Assembly: GCA_944388825.1 (NCBI GenBank)
Contig: CALXKG010000230.1
Coordinates: 1-31,244, forward strand
Direction: 5' to 3'
Origin: an uncultured Clostridia bacterium
GTDB taxonomy: Bacteria > Bacillota > Clostridia > Oscillospirales > Ruminococcaceae
Length of the DNA stretch: 31,244 nt
A program made the translations under genes and the position numbers. Shown in pieces: positions 16,101 through 23,576 of this stretch (its first letter is position 1; every line of letters starts with the position of its first letter). Under the pieces are notes generated by a model. The model did not search any database and had not been told where the DNA came from. It saw only the letters and a program-made list of their open reading frames with translations.

Positions 16101-18081
16101 CCTTTACAGCCGGATGGCGGAAGCGGGGATCGACTTCCCGGAAAATGAGGGGAATACCCACCTGCTGCACGGCCTGATGGAGCTGGCCGGGGAGGCGGAC
16201 GCCCGCGGCCTTTCCGGGGCGGACGCCGGACGCTGGCTGTCGGAGACGGCCGCCGCCCGCGGGATCCGGCTGCCGGAGCGGAAGCGGATGACCCAGCTGG
16301 ACGCGGCGGTGGAATATCTGGCGGCGGCGGCGAAGGCAGAAGGGTACCGCCCCCTGCCGCCGCTGTGGATGGAGCCGCTGCCGCCGGTGCTCTATCTGCC
16401 GGCGCTGGAAGGCTGGGAGGAGGCCGCTTCCCGGGGCGGCGTCTGGCAGCGGCCCGGGAAAAGGTGGGAGCTTACCGCCGTCGTCGGCAAGGCCGACGAC
16501 CCGCAGAACCAGAGCCAGCTGCCGGTCGTGCTGAACTTTTCCCGCGGCGGGCACCACGCGCTGATCGGGGCGGTCTCCAGCGGGAAAAGCACCTTTGTCC
16601 AGACGCTGATTTATTCGCTGATCCGGTGTTACCCGCCGGACTGGCTCAACCTCTATATTCTGGACTACAGCGGCCGGATGACCCAGCCGCTGCTGGAGGC
16701 GCCGCATATCGGCGGGATCTTTTTTGAGGACGACGCCCAGAAGACCAGCCGGCTGTTTTACCTGCTGCGGGATATCCTGGAGAAGCGCAAACGGCTTTTC
16801 CAGGGCGGGAATTACGCGCAGTACATCCTGGCGCATGAGGAGGTCTGCCCCGCCGTCCTGCTGGTTATCGACAACCTGGCCGGTTTCCGGGAAAAGACCG
16901 GGGAGGCGTATGACCAGGAGCTGATCCGCCTGGCGCGGGAAGGCGCGGCCTACGGCGTTTACCTGTTTGTCACGGCGGCCGGGTTCGGGATCAGCGAGAT
17001 CCCCAGCCGGCTGGGCGACCAGATCCGGTCGACCCTCTGCCTCTCCCTTCCGGACAGCTTCCAGTACGGCGAGGCCCTGCGGGTCAGCCTGCCCGCCGTA
17101 CTGCCGGAGGCGGGCGTCCCCGGCAGGGGGCTCGTCCTGATGGACGGGCGGGTGCTGGAATTCCAGACCGCCCTCGCGCTGGAAGCGGAGGACAGCTATG
17201 CGCTGGGGGAAAAGCTCCGGCAGGACTGCCGCGGTATGCGGGAAGGGTGGAAGGGAAAAGGCGCCCGGATGGTGCCGTTTATCCCGGACGACCCGTCCTG
17301 GGAAGACCTGGCGGCCCGGGAAGAAGCGCCGGAACTGTTCCGCTCCGCCCGGTACCTCCCGATCGGGTACGACGCGGCGACGGCCGGGATCTACAGCGTG
17401 GATCTGCGGTACGTCTGCTGCTATACCGTGTCCGGCCGCGCGCGCAGCGGGAAGACCGGTATGCTGAAGCTGTGGATGCGGTCGGCGCGGGAAAAGAAGA
17501 TGCGGATTTCCCTGATCGAGCCGGAAGGGACGGCGCTTCAGGCGGAGGCGGAACGGCTGGGCGCGCAGCGTGCCGCGTCGCTGGACGAGATCGTCGCATT
17601 TATCTGGGAGCTGGGCGGCGCCTTCCGCGCGCGGCATGAAATCCGCCGGGAGATGACCGCGCAGGGGAAGGACGAAGACGCGCAGTTTGACCGGATGTGC
17701 CGGGAGGAACCCTGGCTGGTGGTGATCTCCGACCTCACGGCGCTGGCGCGGCTGGCCGGAAGCCCGGAAGCGGCCGGGCGCAACCTGGGCGGGGCGCTTG
17801 CCAACCTGTTTGGGAAGGGGTTTTTGCACAACATCTATTTTGTCGCGGGCTACAACCCGGACGACCGCGCCAGGGCGGCCGGGACGCCGGTGTTTGAGGA
17901 GTTTGTCAAAGACCGCGCCGGCTGCCATCTGGGCGGCAATGTGGCGGCGCAGCAGCTATTGGAGTTTGGCGGGATGCCGTTTAAGGAACAGAACCGTCCG
18001 GAAAAGCCGGGGATCGCCCTGATCCCGCCGCAGAACGGCGCGCCTTACCGGCGGGTCATCCTGCCGCAGGTCAGGAGGTAG
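13153..18081 (+). CDS. essC: Type VII secretion ATPase EssC (FHA-FHA-2TM-DUF-3x FtsK/SpoIIIE ATPase)
   Basis: Walker A motifs GTTGSGKS, GAVSSGKS, GRARSGKT; IIIDEFAELK; GRSLGVHLILATQKP; N-terminal FHA (TRRH, SRNGVFVN); two TMs. Start set at ATG 13153 after GAGGTG. Confidence 0.96.
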   Translation: MVLSICGQNAYKEFALPPGKNLETSLTVRRDVFGLPRDLALRLENSGGRWSFLAPAEGELIRNGAVYDRAPLQDGDYLLYRQRGRNVLAIMARDGSRRFTGYAKYALQAEEVLIGTAPECGIRYSFQYGGAEYITRRHASIRAGGGGLSLRDYSRNGVFVNDVRVHGEAMLQFGDHVDIWGLHMVALGGVLAVREDAALTIDPQQLRPEDLPEQPLSEETAGKIHYHRSPRRLGRLAEGEIAIDPPPAAAAEGEQPLLLAVGPALSMALPMVAGSLLAVAGSRTGGAYMYTGIVTSVLSAVIGAVWAFANLRYARKSRREKEELRFSAYSDYLVRLTDGIRADYQHNREVMLEAYPSAAACIERGLRGERLWERNAFHPDFLCYRLGLGDIPFQKEIRAPGERFEMIPDTLRDKPRMIRENFHMLRQVPVCVDLARERLVGIVGGPDLAGARGILQSLVAQIAVQNCYTDVKLAFFYREDQGDDTEKWEYCRWLPHVWSEGHKMRFVADSSPAASDLLYEIASVLRLRHEMKGSGQAVYKPWYILVLEDSSLLENEPAARYLLDPGQDLGVTVLILADRAEDLPNACECIIRGDAAYTGMYHTREMDMDAGRIQIETMDRSPLERLARKLCSMEVEEVERGGGIPASVTFFDLYGVSRPQELMAPERWKHGRTYENMRALVGVKNGGLPCCLDAHEKYHGPHGLVAGTTGSGKSETLQTYILSLAIQFSPYDVGFFLIDYKGGGMANLFDRLPHTLGTISNLSGGQIQRALVSIKSENQRRQRLFNESGVNNINHYTRLYKNGEVSLPIPHLFIIIDEFAELKREQQEFMQELISVAQVGRSLGVHLILATQKPAGTVDDNIRSNTRFRLCLRVQDRQDSMDMLHRPDAAYLTQAGRAFLQVGSDEVFEQFQSGWSGADFDAETAGSKQVLARMLASTGRMDAEGSYLKRQRKEAARSAWLALLADLCRQAAEEPAGPARTAALYSRMAEAGIDFPENEGNTHLLHGLMELAGEADARGLSGADAGRWLSETAAARGIRLPERKRMTQLDAAVEYLAAAAKAEGYRPLPPLWMEPLPPVLYLPALEGWEEAASRGGVWQRPGKRWELTAVVGKADDPQNQSQLPVVLNFSRGGHHALIGAVSSGKSTFVQTLIYSLIRCYPPDWLNLYILDYSGRMTQPLLEAPHIGGIFFEDDAQKTSRLFYLLRDILEKRKRLFQGGNYAQYILAHEEVCPAVLLVIDNLAGFREKTGEAYDQELIRLAREGAAYGVYLFVTAAGFGISEIPSRLGDQIRSTLCLSLPDSFQYGEALRVSLPAVLPEAGVPGRGLVLMDGRVLEFQTALALEAEDSYALGEKLRQDCRGMREGWKGKGARMVPFIPDDPSWEDLAAREEAPELFRSARYLPIGYDAATAGIYSVDLRYVCCYTVSGRARSGKTGMLKLWMRSAREKKMRISLIEPEGTALQAEAERLGAQRAASLDEIVAFIWELGGAFRARHEIRREMTAQGKDEDAQFDRMCREEPWLVVISDLTALARLAGSPEAAGRNLGGALANLFGKGFLHNIYFVAGYNPDDRARAAGTPVFEEFVKDRAGCHLGGNVAAQQLLEFGGMPFKEQNRPEKPGIALIPPQNGAPYRRVILPQVRR

Positions 18082-18085
18082 GCGG

Positions 18086-18793
18086 ATGGTTTCACTTGTC
18101 ATCTTTTCCGGCAGCGAGGCGGAATGCCGGCAGCTGCAGCAGGCGGTGCGGGACAGGTTCGCCTACCATTCGGAGGACGGCCTCAGCTGCTCCCTGCATA
18201 CCGGCCTGGAGGCGGCGGTAAAGGAACTGCTGTATGGCGGCGCGTCGCTGATCGGATGGGACGTCGACCTGGAAACGGCCCGGCGGGCGATCCTTTCCGC
18301 GCGCCCGCGCTGCCGGGATGCTTTCCTGCTGGTGATCGCCAGCCCGGAGACTTCCCCCCTCACCTTTTTGACGCCGGCGCTAAGGCCGGACACCCTCCTG
18401 CTGCGGCCGCTGGAAGAGCCGGAGGTCAGGCGGGCGGCGTCCGAGATGCTGGCGGCCGTCCGGCGGGCGGGCGAACAGGAAAACTTCTTCTCGATCAACC
18501 GCCGGGACGAACAGCAGCGGATCCCCTGCAGCTCCATTTATTACTTTGAAGCGCGGGGGCGCAGGCTGTACGCCCGGCTGCACCGGGAAGAACTGGGGTT
18601 CGCCGGCACGCTGGAACAGCTGGAGGAGGAGCTGCCGGAGAATTTCAGGCGCACCCACCGGAGTTTTATTGTCAATATGGATAAGGTCGAACAGCTGCTC
18701 CCGACGGAAAACCTGCTGGTCCTCTGGGATGGGCTGACAGTCCCCTTATCCCGCAGCTATAAGAAGGAGATTCGGGAGTATTGCCATGGATGA
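18086..18793 (+). CDS. LytTR DNA-binding regulator with an atypical receiver domain
   Basis: IYYFEARGRR...LEQLEEELP.NFRRTHRSFIVN...VPLSRSY. Receiver keeps Asp (WDV) but has SG for the acidic pair and RP for KP. Confidence 0.9.
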   Translation: MVSLVIFSGSEAECRQLQQAVRDRFAYHSEDGLSCSLHTGLEAAVKELLYGGASLIGWDVDLETARRAILSARPRCRDAFLLVIASPETSPLTFLTPALRPDTLLLRPLEEPEVRRAASEMLAAVRRAGEQENFFSINRRDEQQRIPCSSIYYFEARGRRLYARLHREELGFAGTLEQLEEELPENFRRTHRSFIVNMDKVEQLLPTENLLVLWDGLTVPLSRSYKKEIREYCHG

Positions 18794-19502
18794 CCTGGAA
18801 CACGCCTACCTTTTAACGGAAAGCGAGCTGCTTTTGCTGCTGTCGCTTCTGGACAGCCGCCCGGTGCTGCTGTTTTCTTCCCCGGAAGAAGGGCGCGGGG
18901 AGGCGGTAAAATGGGAACAGACGGCGCTGTCCCTCTGCCGGGACGGGCTGGCGGAATGCGGCCCGGACGGCCTGTCGGCGGCGGGCGGGCTGAAACGGCT
19001 GCTGCTTGGCATGAAGGAGGCCGGTACGGTCTGGGCGGGCGCCGGCGTCCGGGACGGCGGGCCGCTGCAGCTGCTGTTTTCCGGGACGCCGCCGGTCCTG
19101 GTGAAGACGGCGCCCGGGGTGCGGCGGCTGGAGGCTTTCGGCGGCACGGCGGAACAGTGGCTGGACGGGGCGCTGGGGCTGCCGGGGCGGCTGCTGGAAG
19201 AAAAGGAAGCGGAAGCGGCGATGCGGGAGGAAGGGATGCGGGAGGCGCTGGACGGCTGCCTGGCTGGGGCCGTCCCGTTTGGCCGGCCGGAGACCGAATG
19301 GCTGCGGCGGCAGGAGGTATACGCCGTCGTGACCCGGTACCGGCGGGACGGTTCCGCCGTGGGCCGGTGGGTCTGGATGCGGTGCGGGACGGATACCGCG
19401 CTGCTCCGGCAGACGCCGGAACAGGAGTCTGTGCAGCTGGACAGCCGGCGCGCCCGCGCGCTGGTGACGGCAGAGAGGGAGGATGGGTATGATCCTGGTT
19501 GA
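18786..19502 (+). CDS. Hypothetical cytoplasmic protein of the T7SS locus
   Basis: Overlaps lytTR by 8 bp and esaB by 14 bp; no family recognised with confidence. Confidence 0.75.
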   Translation: MDDLEHAYLLTESELLLLLSLLDSRPVLLFSSPEEGRGEAVKWEQTALSLCRDGLAECGPDGLSAAGGLKRLLLGMKEAGTVWAGAGVRDGGPLQLLFSGTPPVLVKTAPGVRRLEAFGGTAEQWLDGALGLPGRLLEEKEAEAAMREEGMREALDGCLAGAVPFGRPETEWLRRQEVYAVVTRYRRDGSAVGRWVWMRCGTDTALLRQTPEQESVQLDSRRARALVTAEREDGYDPG

Positions 19503-19737
19503 GGTACAGGTCCCGGCGCTTTGCCGCCGGTACGATTTTGAGCTGGAAGAGACGGTCCCGGTGAGGCTGCTGCTGCCGGAAATGATCGAGGCGATCTGCC
19601 AGAAGGAGCGCCTTTCCCACAGCGAGACGCCGCAGGGGATGAGCCTCTATCTGCAGGACCGCCATACCCGTTTAAACGCCGCCGGTACGCTCCTGCAAAA
19701 CGGCGTCTGCGGCGGGCAGAAGCTGATTCTGGTGTGA
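19489..19737 (+). CDS. esaB: EsaB/YukD ubiquitin-like T7SS protein
   Basis: 82 aa; YDFELEETVPV...TLLQNGVCGGQKLILV ubiquitin-like pattern; ATG 19489 6 nt after GGAGG; T7SS context. Confidence 0.88.
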   Translation: MILVEVQVPALCRRYDFELEETVPVRLLLPEMIEAICQKERLSHSETPQGMSLYLQDRHTRLNAAGTLLQNGVCGGQKLILV

Positions 19738-19761
19738 CAGACGGCGGAAAACGGCGGGGAA

Positions 19762-19831
19762 ATGCCGTTCATCCCGTTTCAGATGCGTTTCATCCCATTT
19801 GGCGCCCCTTTCCGCATGGCCATGCTATAAT
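19762..19831 (+). promoter_or_regulatory. Internal promoter of the WXG100 cassette with a 21 bp-period direct repeat (LytTR-type site)
   Basis: ATGCCGTTCATCCCGTTT (19762) and ATGCGTTTCATCCCATTT (19783), 15/18 identical; TGcTATAAT at 19823-19831; no -35. Confidence 0.7.
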
Positions 19832-19878
19832 AAAGCCATCCCGGGAGGGACGGGACCGGAAGAGAGGAGGGAAGAGAT

Positions 19879-20325
19879 GTGCCGGAATTTTCTGTTAAAC
19901 CGGACCGTTTGCGCGGTACGGCGGAAAATGTCTGGAAAACCCAGGCGGCCCTTCGCGGAATGACCGGGGACATCCGGCAGATCCTCCTCTCGCTGCGGGA
20001 ACTGAGCGGGGTGGAGGCGGATATTGACCGGCTCCGGCAGTGCGCCGGAAGGCTGGAGGATACGGCGGGAAGCCTTGGCCGGATGGTCGGCGCGCTGGAG
20101 CAGATCGCTTCCCTTTACGAAAAAAGCGAAGCGGACCTGGCGGGCGGGCTGGAACTTTTCCCGGCGCAGGCGGCTGCGCGGCACGGCCTCCCGGCAGCGG
20201 GCGCGCCGCCGTCCTGGGAAGAAAACCGGCCGGCGGAGAGCCTGGCGGGTTATCAGGCGGCGCTGCGGCCGATGCTGGGCGCGGATGTGACCGGCCGCTT
20301 CAAAAGGCAGGGGGGAGAAAAGTGA
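19879..20325 (+). CDS. WXG100-like helical protein without a WxG motif, with a low-complexity tail
   Basis: Helical N-terminal ~90 aa with YxxxE (YEKSE); resembles the N-terminus of 24323-25513. Confidence 0.75.
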   Translation: MPEFSVKPDRLRGTAENVWKTQAALRGMTGDIRQILLSLRELSGVEADIDRLRQCAGRLEDTAGSLGRMVGALEQIASLYEKSEADLAGGLELFPAQAAARHGLPAAGAPPSWEENRPAESLAGYQAALRPMLGADVTGRFKRQGGEK

Positions 20326-20627
20326 CGTTGCAGGAAATCCGGGTCAATACCGGCCGGATGCGGGCGGACAGCCGGCAGCTGCAGGAATACCTCGGAAAGG
20401 CGGAAGAACACCTGGCCCGCTATCAGGAACAGATGGCGGCCCTGGACCGGATGTGGAAAGGCCCGGCGCACGACGCGCAGCAGCAGCGGTTTATGCAGGC
20501 CTACCAGCAGATGGAAACGCTCTGCGGGCTGATGCGGCAGCTGGTACAGCAGCTGGAGACTGCCTGCGGCCGGTATGAGGACTGTGAGGAAAATGTGCGG
20601 CAGCTCGTCGACGGGCTGCACGTTTAA
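20322..20627 (+). CDS. WXG100 family protein
   Basis: GTG start overlapping the upstream stop (GTGA), RBS GGGGGAG; 101 aa, central WKG, YEDCE. Confidence 0.88.
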   Translation: MTLQEIRVNTGRMRADSRQLQEYLGKAEEHLARYQEQMAALDRMWKGPAHDAQQQRFMQAYQQMETLCGLMRQLVQQLETACGRYEDCEENVRQLVDGLHV

Positions 20628-20639
20628 GGAGGGATACGG

Positions 20640-20957
20640 ATGACGGGCCAGATCACCGTCCAGGCCGACCCGCAGCTGCTGCGGAGCACCGCGCAGCAGG
20701 CGAAGGCGCTGGGCAGCCAGCTGCGGCAGGATTTTGAAAGCATGTTTGCCCTGACGGAAAATACGCATTACTACTGGGCCGGGGCCGCCGCCGAGGAATA
20801 CCGGCAGGCTTTCGCCGAACAGCGGGACGGGACGGAGGAACTCCTCCGCCTGCTGTCGGCGTTCCCGGAAGACCTGATGAAAATGGCCGGGGTCTATGAG
20901 GCGGCCGAAACGCGCAATACCGCGCAGGCGGAAAGCCTTCCGGCAGATTTCCTGTAA
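20640..20957 (+). CDS. WXG100 family protein
   Basis: 105 aa, central WAG, YEAAE, C-terminal LPADF. Confidence 0.92.
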   Translation: MTGQITVQADPQLLRSTAQQAKALGSQLRQDFESMFALTENTHYYWAGAAAEEYRQAFAEQRDGTEELLRLLSAFPEDLMKMAGVYEAAETRNTAQAESLPADFL

Positions 20958-20969
20958 GGGGGGGCGGGT

Positions 20970-21278
20970 ATGAAGAGCAGCGGCGAGATCCGGTTTGACT
21001 TTTCCAACGCCCTTTCCCAGGCGCAGAAGCTGGACGACCTGGCAGACCGGCTCAGCCGGGAAACGGTCCGGGGGATGGAAGAAGATATCCAGGCGCTGCA
21101 GTCCGCGTGGACGGGGGAAAGCGCACGGAAATTCGTACAGAAGGAGGGGGAACTGGAACAGGCCATCGAGCGGGACGCCAGGGAACTGCGGGCCATCGCG
21201 GAGGATATCCGCCGGATCGCCCGGCAGATCTACGACGCCGAAATGCGCGCCCTGGCGCTCATCCGGCAGAGAAAGTAA
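20970..21278 (+). CDS. WXG100 family protein
   Basis: 102 aa, central WTG, YDAE variant signal. Confidence 0.9.
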   Translation: MKSSGEIRFDFSNALSQAQKLDDLADRLSRETVRGMEEDIQALQSAWTGESARKFVQKEGELEQAIERDARELRAIAEDIRRIARQIYDAEMRALALIRQRK

Positions 21279-21320
21279 ACGGCAGGCAGACAGCAGACGA
21301 CAGACAAGGAGGATACGACT

Positions 21321-21608
21321 ATGGCTATGTTTTTGGTGAATTTTGAGCAGCTCCGGCAGAAGGCGGAACAGCTGGAACAGATGAACGTGCAGTTCCGCAA
21401 GGCGGTGTCCCAGCTCTCCGACAGCGAGGCCAGCCTGGCGCAGATGTGGGAAGGCGAGGCGCAGAAGGCTTTCCGCACCGCGTTTAACCAGGACCGGGAA
21501 CAGTTTGAGGCGTTCGCCCAGGGGATCGACAAATATGTCCAGGCCCTGCGGGAAGCCGTCAGCCAGTATGAATCGGCTGAAAACAAAAACGTCGGGATCG
21601 CAAAATGA
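21321..21608 (+). CDS. WXG100 family protein (EsxA-like)
   Basis: 95 aa, central WEG, YESAE; RBS AAGGAGG. Confidence 0.93.
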   Translation: MAMFLVNFEQLRQKAEQLEQMNVQFRKAVSQLSDSEASLAQMWEGEAQKAFRTAFNQDREQFEAFAQGIDKYVQALREAVSQYESAENKNVGIAK

Positions 21609-21663
21609 CCGGCAGACAAAAAGGCACAATCCATAAACCGATGATGAAAAGGAGCGTATCAAT

Positions 21664-21981
21664 ATGACTGGCACCTTAAAAGTTACCCCTGAAAAACTGA
21701 CGGCCACGGCGAATGAGTTTAAGACGCAGGGACAGAGCATCCGCACGCTGACGGCGGAGATGCTTTCGCTGGTGAACGGGATGAACGGCGTGTGGCAGGG
21801 CGACGCGCAGGCGGCTTTTGCCGGCCGGTTAAAGGCCCTGGACGGGGATATGGATCAGATCCAGAAGAAAATCGAAGACCACGTCAAGGACCTGACCGAA
21901 ATGGCGGCCAATTACACGCGGGCTGAAACGGAGAACAGCAGTGATTTAAACGCGCTGCCGGCCGATTTTATCACCGGCTGA
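21664..21981 (+). CDS. WXG100 family protein (EsxA-like)
   Basis: 105 aa, LKVTPEKL start, central WQG, YTRAE, C-terminal LPADF. Confidence 0.94.
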   Translation: MTGTLKVTPEKLTATANEFKTQGQSIRTLTAEMLSLVNGMNGVWQGDAQAAFAGRLKALDGDMDQIQKKIEDHVKDLTEMAANYTRAETENSSDLNALPADFITG

Positions 21982-21999
21982 GTACCGGCATGGCGGGAA

Positions 22000-22039
22000 G
22001 GTTATACAGACGGACGGATACCCGCCCGCCTGTATAACC
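22000..22039 (+). other. Intercistronic hairpin after the WXG100 cassette
   Basis: GGTTATACAG/CTGTATAACC 10 bp stem plus two inner CGG/CCG pairings; no U tract. Confidence 0.7.
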
Positions 22040-22061
22040 GCAGCAAGAGGAAGGGAAATGT

Positions 22062-23576
22062 ATGAGACAGAGGATGAAAAGATGGGCGGCGCTTTTGTCC
22101 GCCGGGCTGTTTGGCCTGGCGGCCTGCTGCCTCCCGGCTGAGGCCGCCGGGGAGGGAAGCGCCTGGGGGACGGTGGACGGGCAGCAGGCGGTCGTCTACC
22201 TGCTGGATGCCGGCGGGACGGACGGCATAACCTGCCAGCTGGGCAACCTGCCGCTGGACGTGGGGACGGCCGAGCCGGTTTCCGCGCTGGAGGCGCCTTT
22301 TGATACGGTTATCCTGCTGGACAATTCCCTTTCGATCCCGTCCGGGCAGCGCCCGCTGGCCCTGTCCATTGTGGAAGGGCTGATCGGCAACCGCCTTCCG
22401 GGCGAGACCTTCACCATTGTGACGGTGGGCGAGGGCGTTGACTACCTTTGCGAGGCGGAATCGGACTATCTGACGCTGATGGACGTCGTGTCGGGGATCG
22501 AATACCGCGACCAGGTGACCCACCTGACCGACGGGCTGTATGAAGTGCTGTCTTCGCTGGCCGGTTCGCAGGAGGCGGTCATGCGGCGGGTGGTGCTGAT
22601 CGCCGACGGGGTGGACAACGAAGAGCTGGGGTATACCGAAAAGGAACTGGATACCCTGCTGCAGGAAACGGGGTACCCGCTTTACGCCGTCGGGTGCGGC
22701 GGCGGGAACGACGAGCTGGAAAACCTGTTTGCCCTTTCCCGGCTGACGCCGGGCGCCGCGTTTAACCTGAATGAGACGCAGGATACGACGGCGGTCGTGG
22801 CCGGCATCTGCGCGTGGAACGGCGCGGTGCGGGTCAGCGTCCCTCTTCCGGATACCGCCTGCGACGGCGCCGAAAAGATGATGCGCCTGGAGGCGGGGGA
22901 CTCCTTTTATACGGTTTCGCTGGATATGCCGTTTGTAGCGGTGGCGCCTTCCGAGCCGGAAGAACCGGAAGAACCGGAAGAACCGGAGGAGCAGGCAGAG
23001 CCGGCGGTCCAGCCGGAACTTCCGCCGGTGGAAGAAGCGGCCAAACCGGAAGGGCGCGGGCTCCCGGGCTTCCCGGTTTGGCTGGCGGCCGGGGCCGGCG
23101 GGCTGGCGGCTGCCGCCGCCGTGACCGCCCTGGTCCTGCTGCGGCGGCGCCGGAAAAAAGAGGCCTTTTCCCCTGTGCCGGGGGGCGCGGGCGGCGTCCC
23201 GCAGCAGCTGGAAGAGACCAGGCTGCTGCGGGAGGAAGGCGAGACGCAGGCTGTCTGGGAAGAAGAGCAGCCGGACGGCGCCAGCATTGTCCTGACAGAC
23301 CTTTCGGACCCGGCGCAGAAGTACGGCGCGCCGGTGCGGGGCAGGCTGGCCATCGGCCGCGACCCGTCCGTCTGCCGGATCGTCGTGGACTATGACCCGA
23401 CGGTCGCCCGGCATCAGTGCGACGTGTTTATGGAAAACGGGCAGCTGACGCTGCAGAACCGCAGCCATTCCAACATCACCCGTGTGGATGGGCAGAAGGT
23501 GGAGGACAAATGCCTCCTCCGGAATGGGTGCGTGATCAAAATGGGCAGGGTACAGATGCGGCTGGAGATCGTATAA
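22062..23576 (+). CDS. Type I membrane protein: signal peptide - vWA domain - Pro/Glu linker - TM - cytoplasmic FHA
   Basis: MIDAS DNSLS, T (THL), LIADG; TM followed by RRRRKK; FHA LAIGR...VARHQC...SNITRVDG. Confidence 0.88.
   Translation: MRQRMKRWAALLSAGLFGLAACCLPAEAAGEGSAWGTVDGQQAVVYLLDAGGTDGITCQLGNLPLDVGTAEPVSALEAPFDTVILLDNSLSIPSGQRPLALSIVEGLIGNRLPGETFTIVTVGEGVDYLCEAESDYLTLMDVVSGIEYRDQVTHLTDGLYEVLSSLAGSQEAVMRRVVLIADGVDNEELGYTEKELDTLLQETGYPLYAVGCGGGNDELENLFALSRLTPGAAFNLNETQDTTAVVAGICAWNGAVRVSVPLPDTACDGAEKMMRLEAGDSFYTVSLDMPFVAVAPSEPEEPEEPEEPEEQAEPAVQPELPPVEEAAKPEGRGLPGFPVWLAAGAGGLAAAAAVTALVLLRRRRKKEAFSPVPGGAGGVPQQLEETRLLREEGETQAVWEEEQPDGASIVLTDLSDPAQKYGAPVRGRLAIGRDPSVCRIVVDYDPTVARHQCDVFMENGQLTLQNRSHSNITRVDGQKVEDKCLLRNGCVIKMGRVQMRLEIV
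22956..22991 (+). repeat. 9 bp tandem repeat encoding (PEE)4 linker
   Basis: CCGGAAGAA x3 plus CCGGAGGAG. Confidence 0.9.

Noticed and set aside
13387-17928. 1513 aa ORF antisense to essC, and similar long overlapping ORFs (1260-2171, 7048-8592, 9035-10537, 20253-21746, 22002-24344, 28138-29310)
   Set aside because: Shadow frames expected opposite GC3-rich genes. They have no family motifs and each overlaps a well-supported gene.
20040-20321. N-terminal extension of the 20040-20627 ORF
   Set aside because: It overlaps the 19879 gene out of frame. GTG 20322 has an RBS and gives a normal 101 aa WXG100 protein.
21279-21320. Short CAGAC repeats between WXG100 genes, echoed near 21612
   Set aside because: Too short and irregular to separate from chance; no spacer structure.
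22956-22991. Tandem repeats as a possible CRISPR array or phase-variation tract
   Set aside because: An in-frame 9 bp coding repeat without spacers; length changes would keep the frame. No CRISPR-like array or cas gene was seen in the window.
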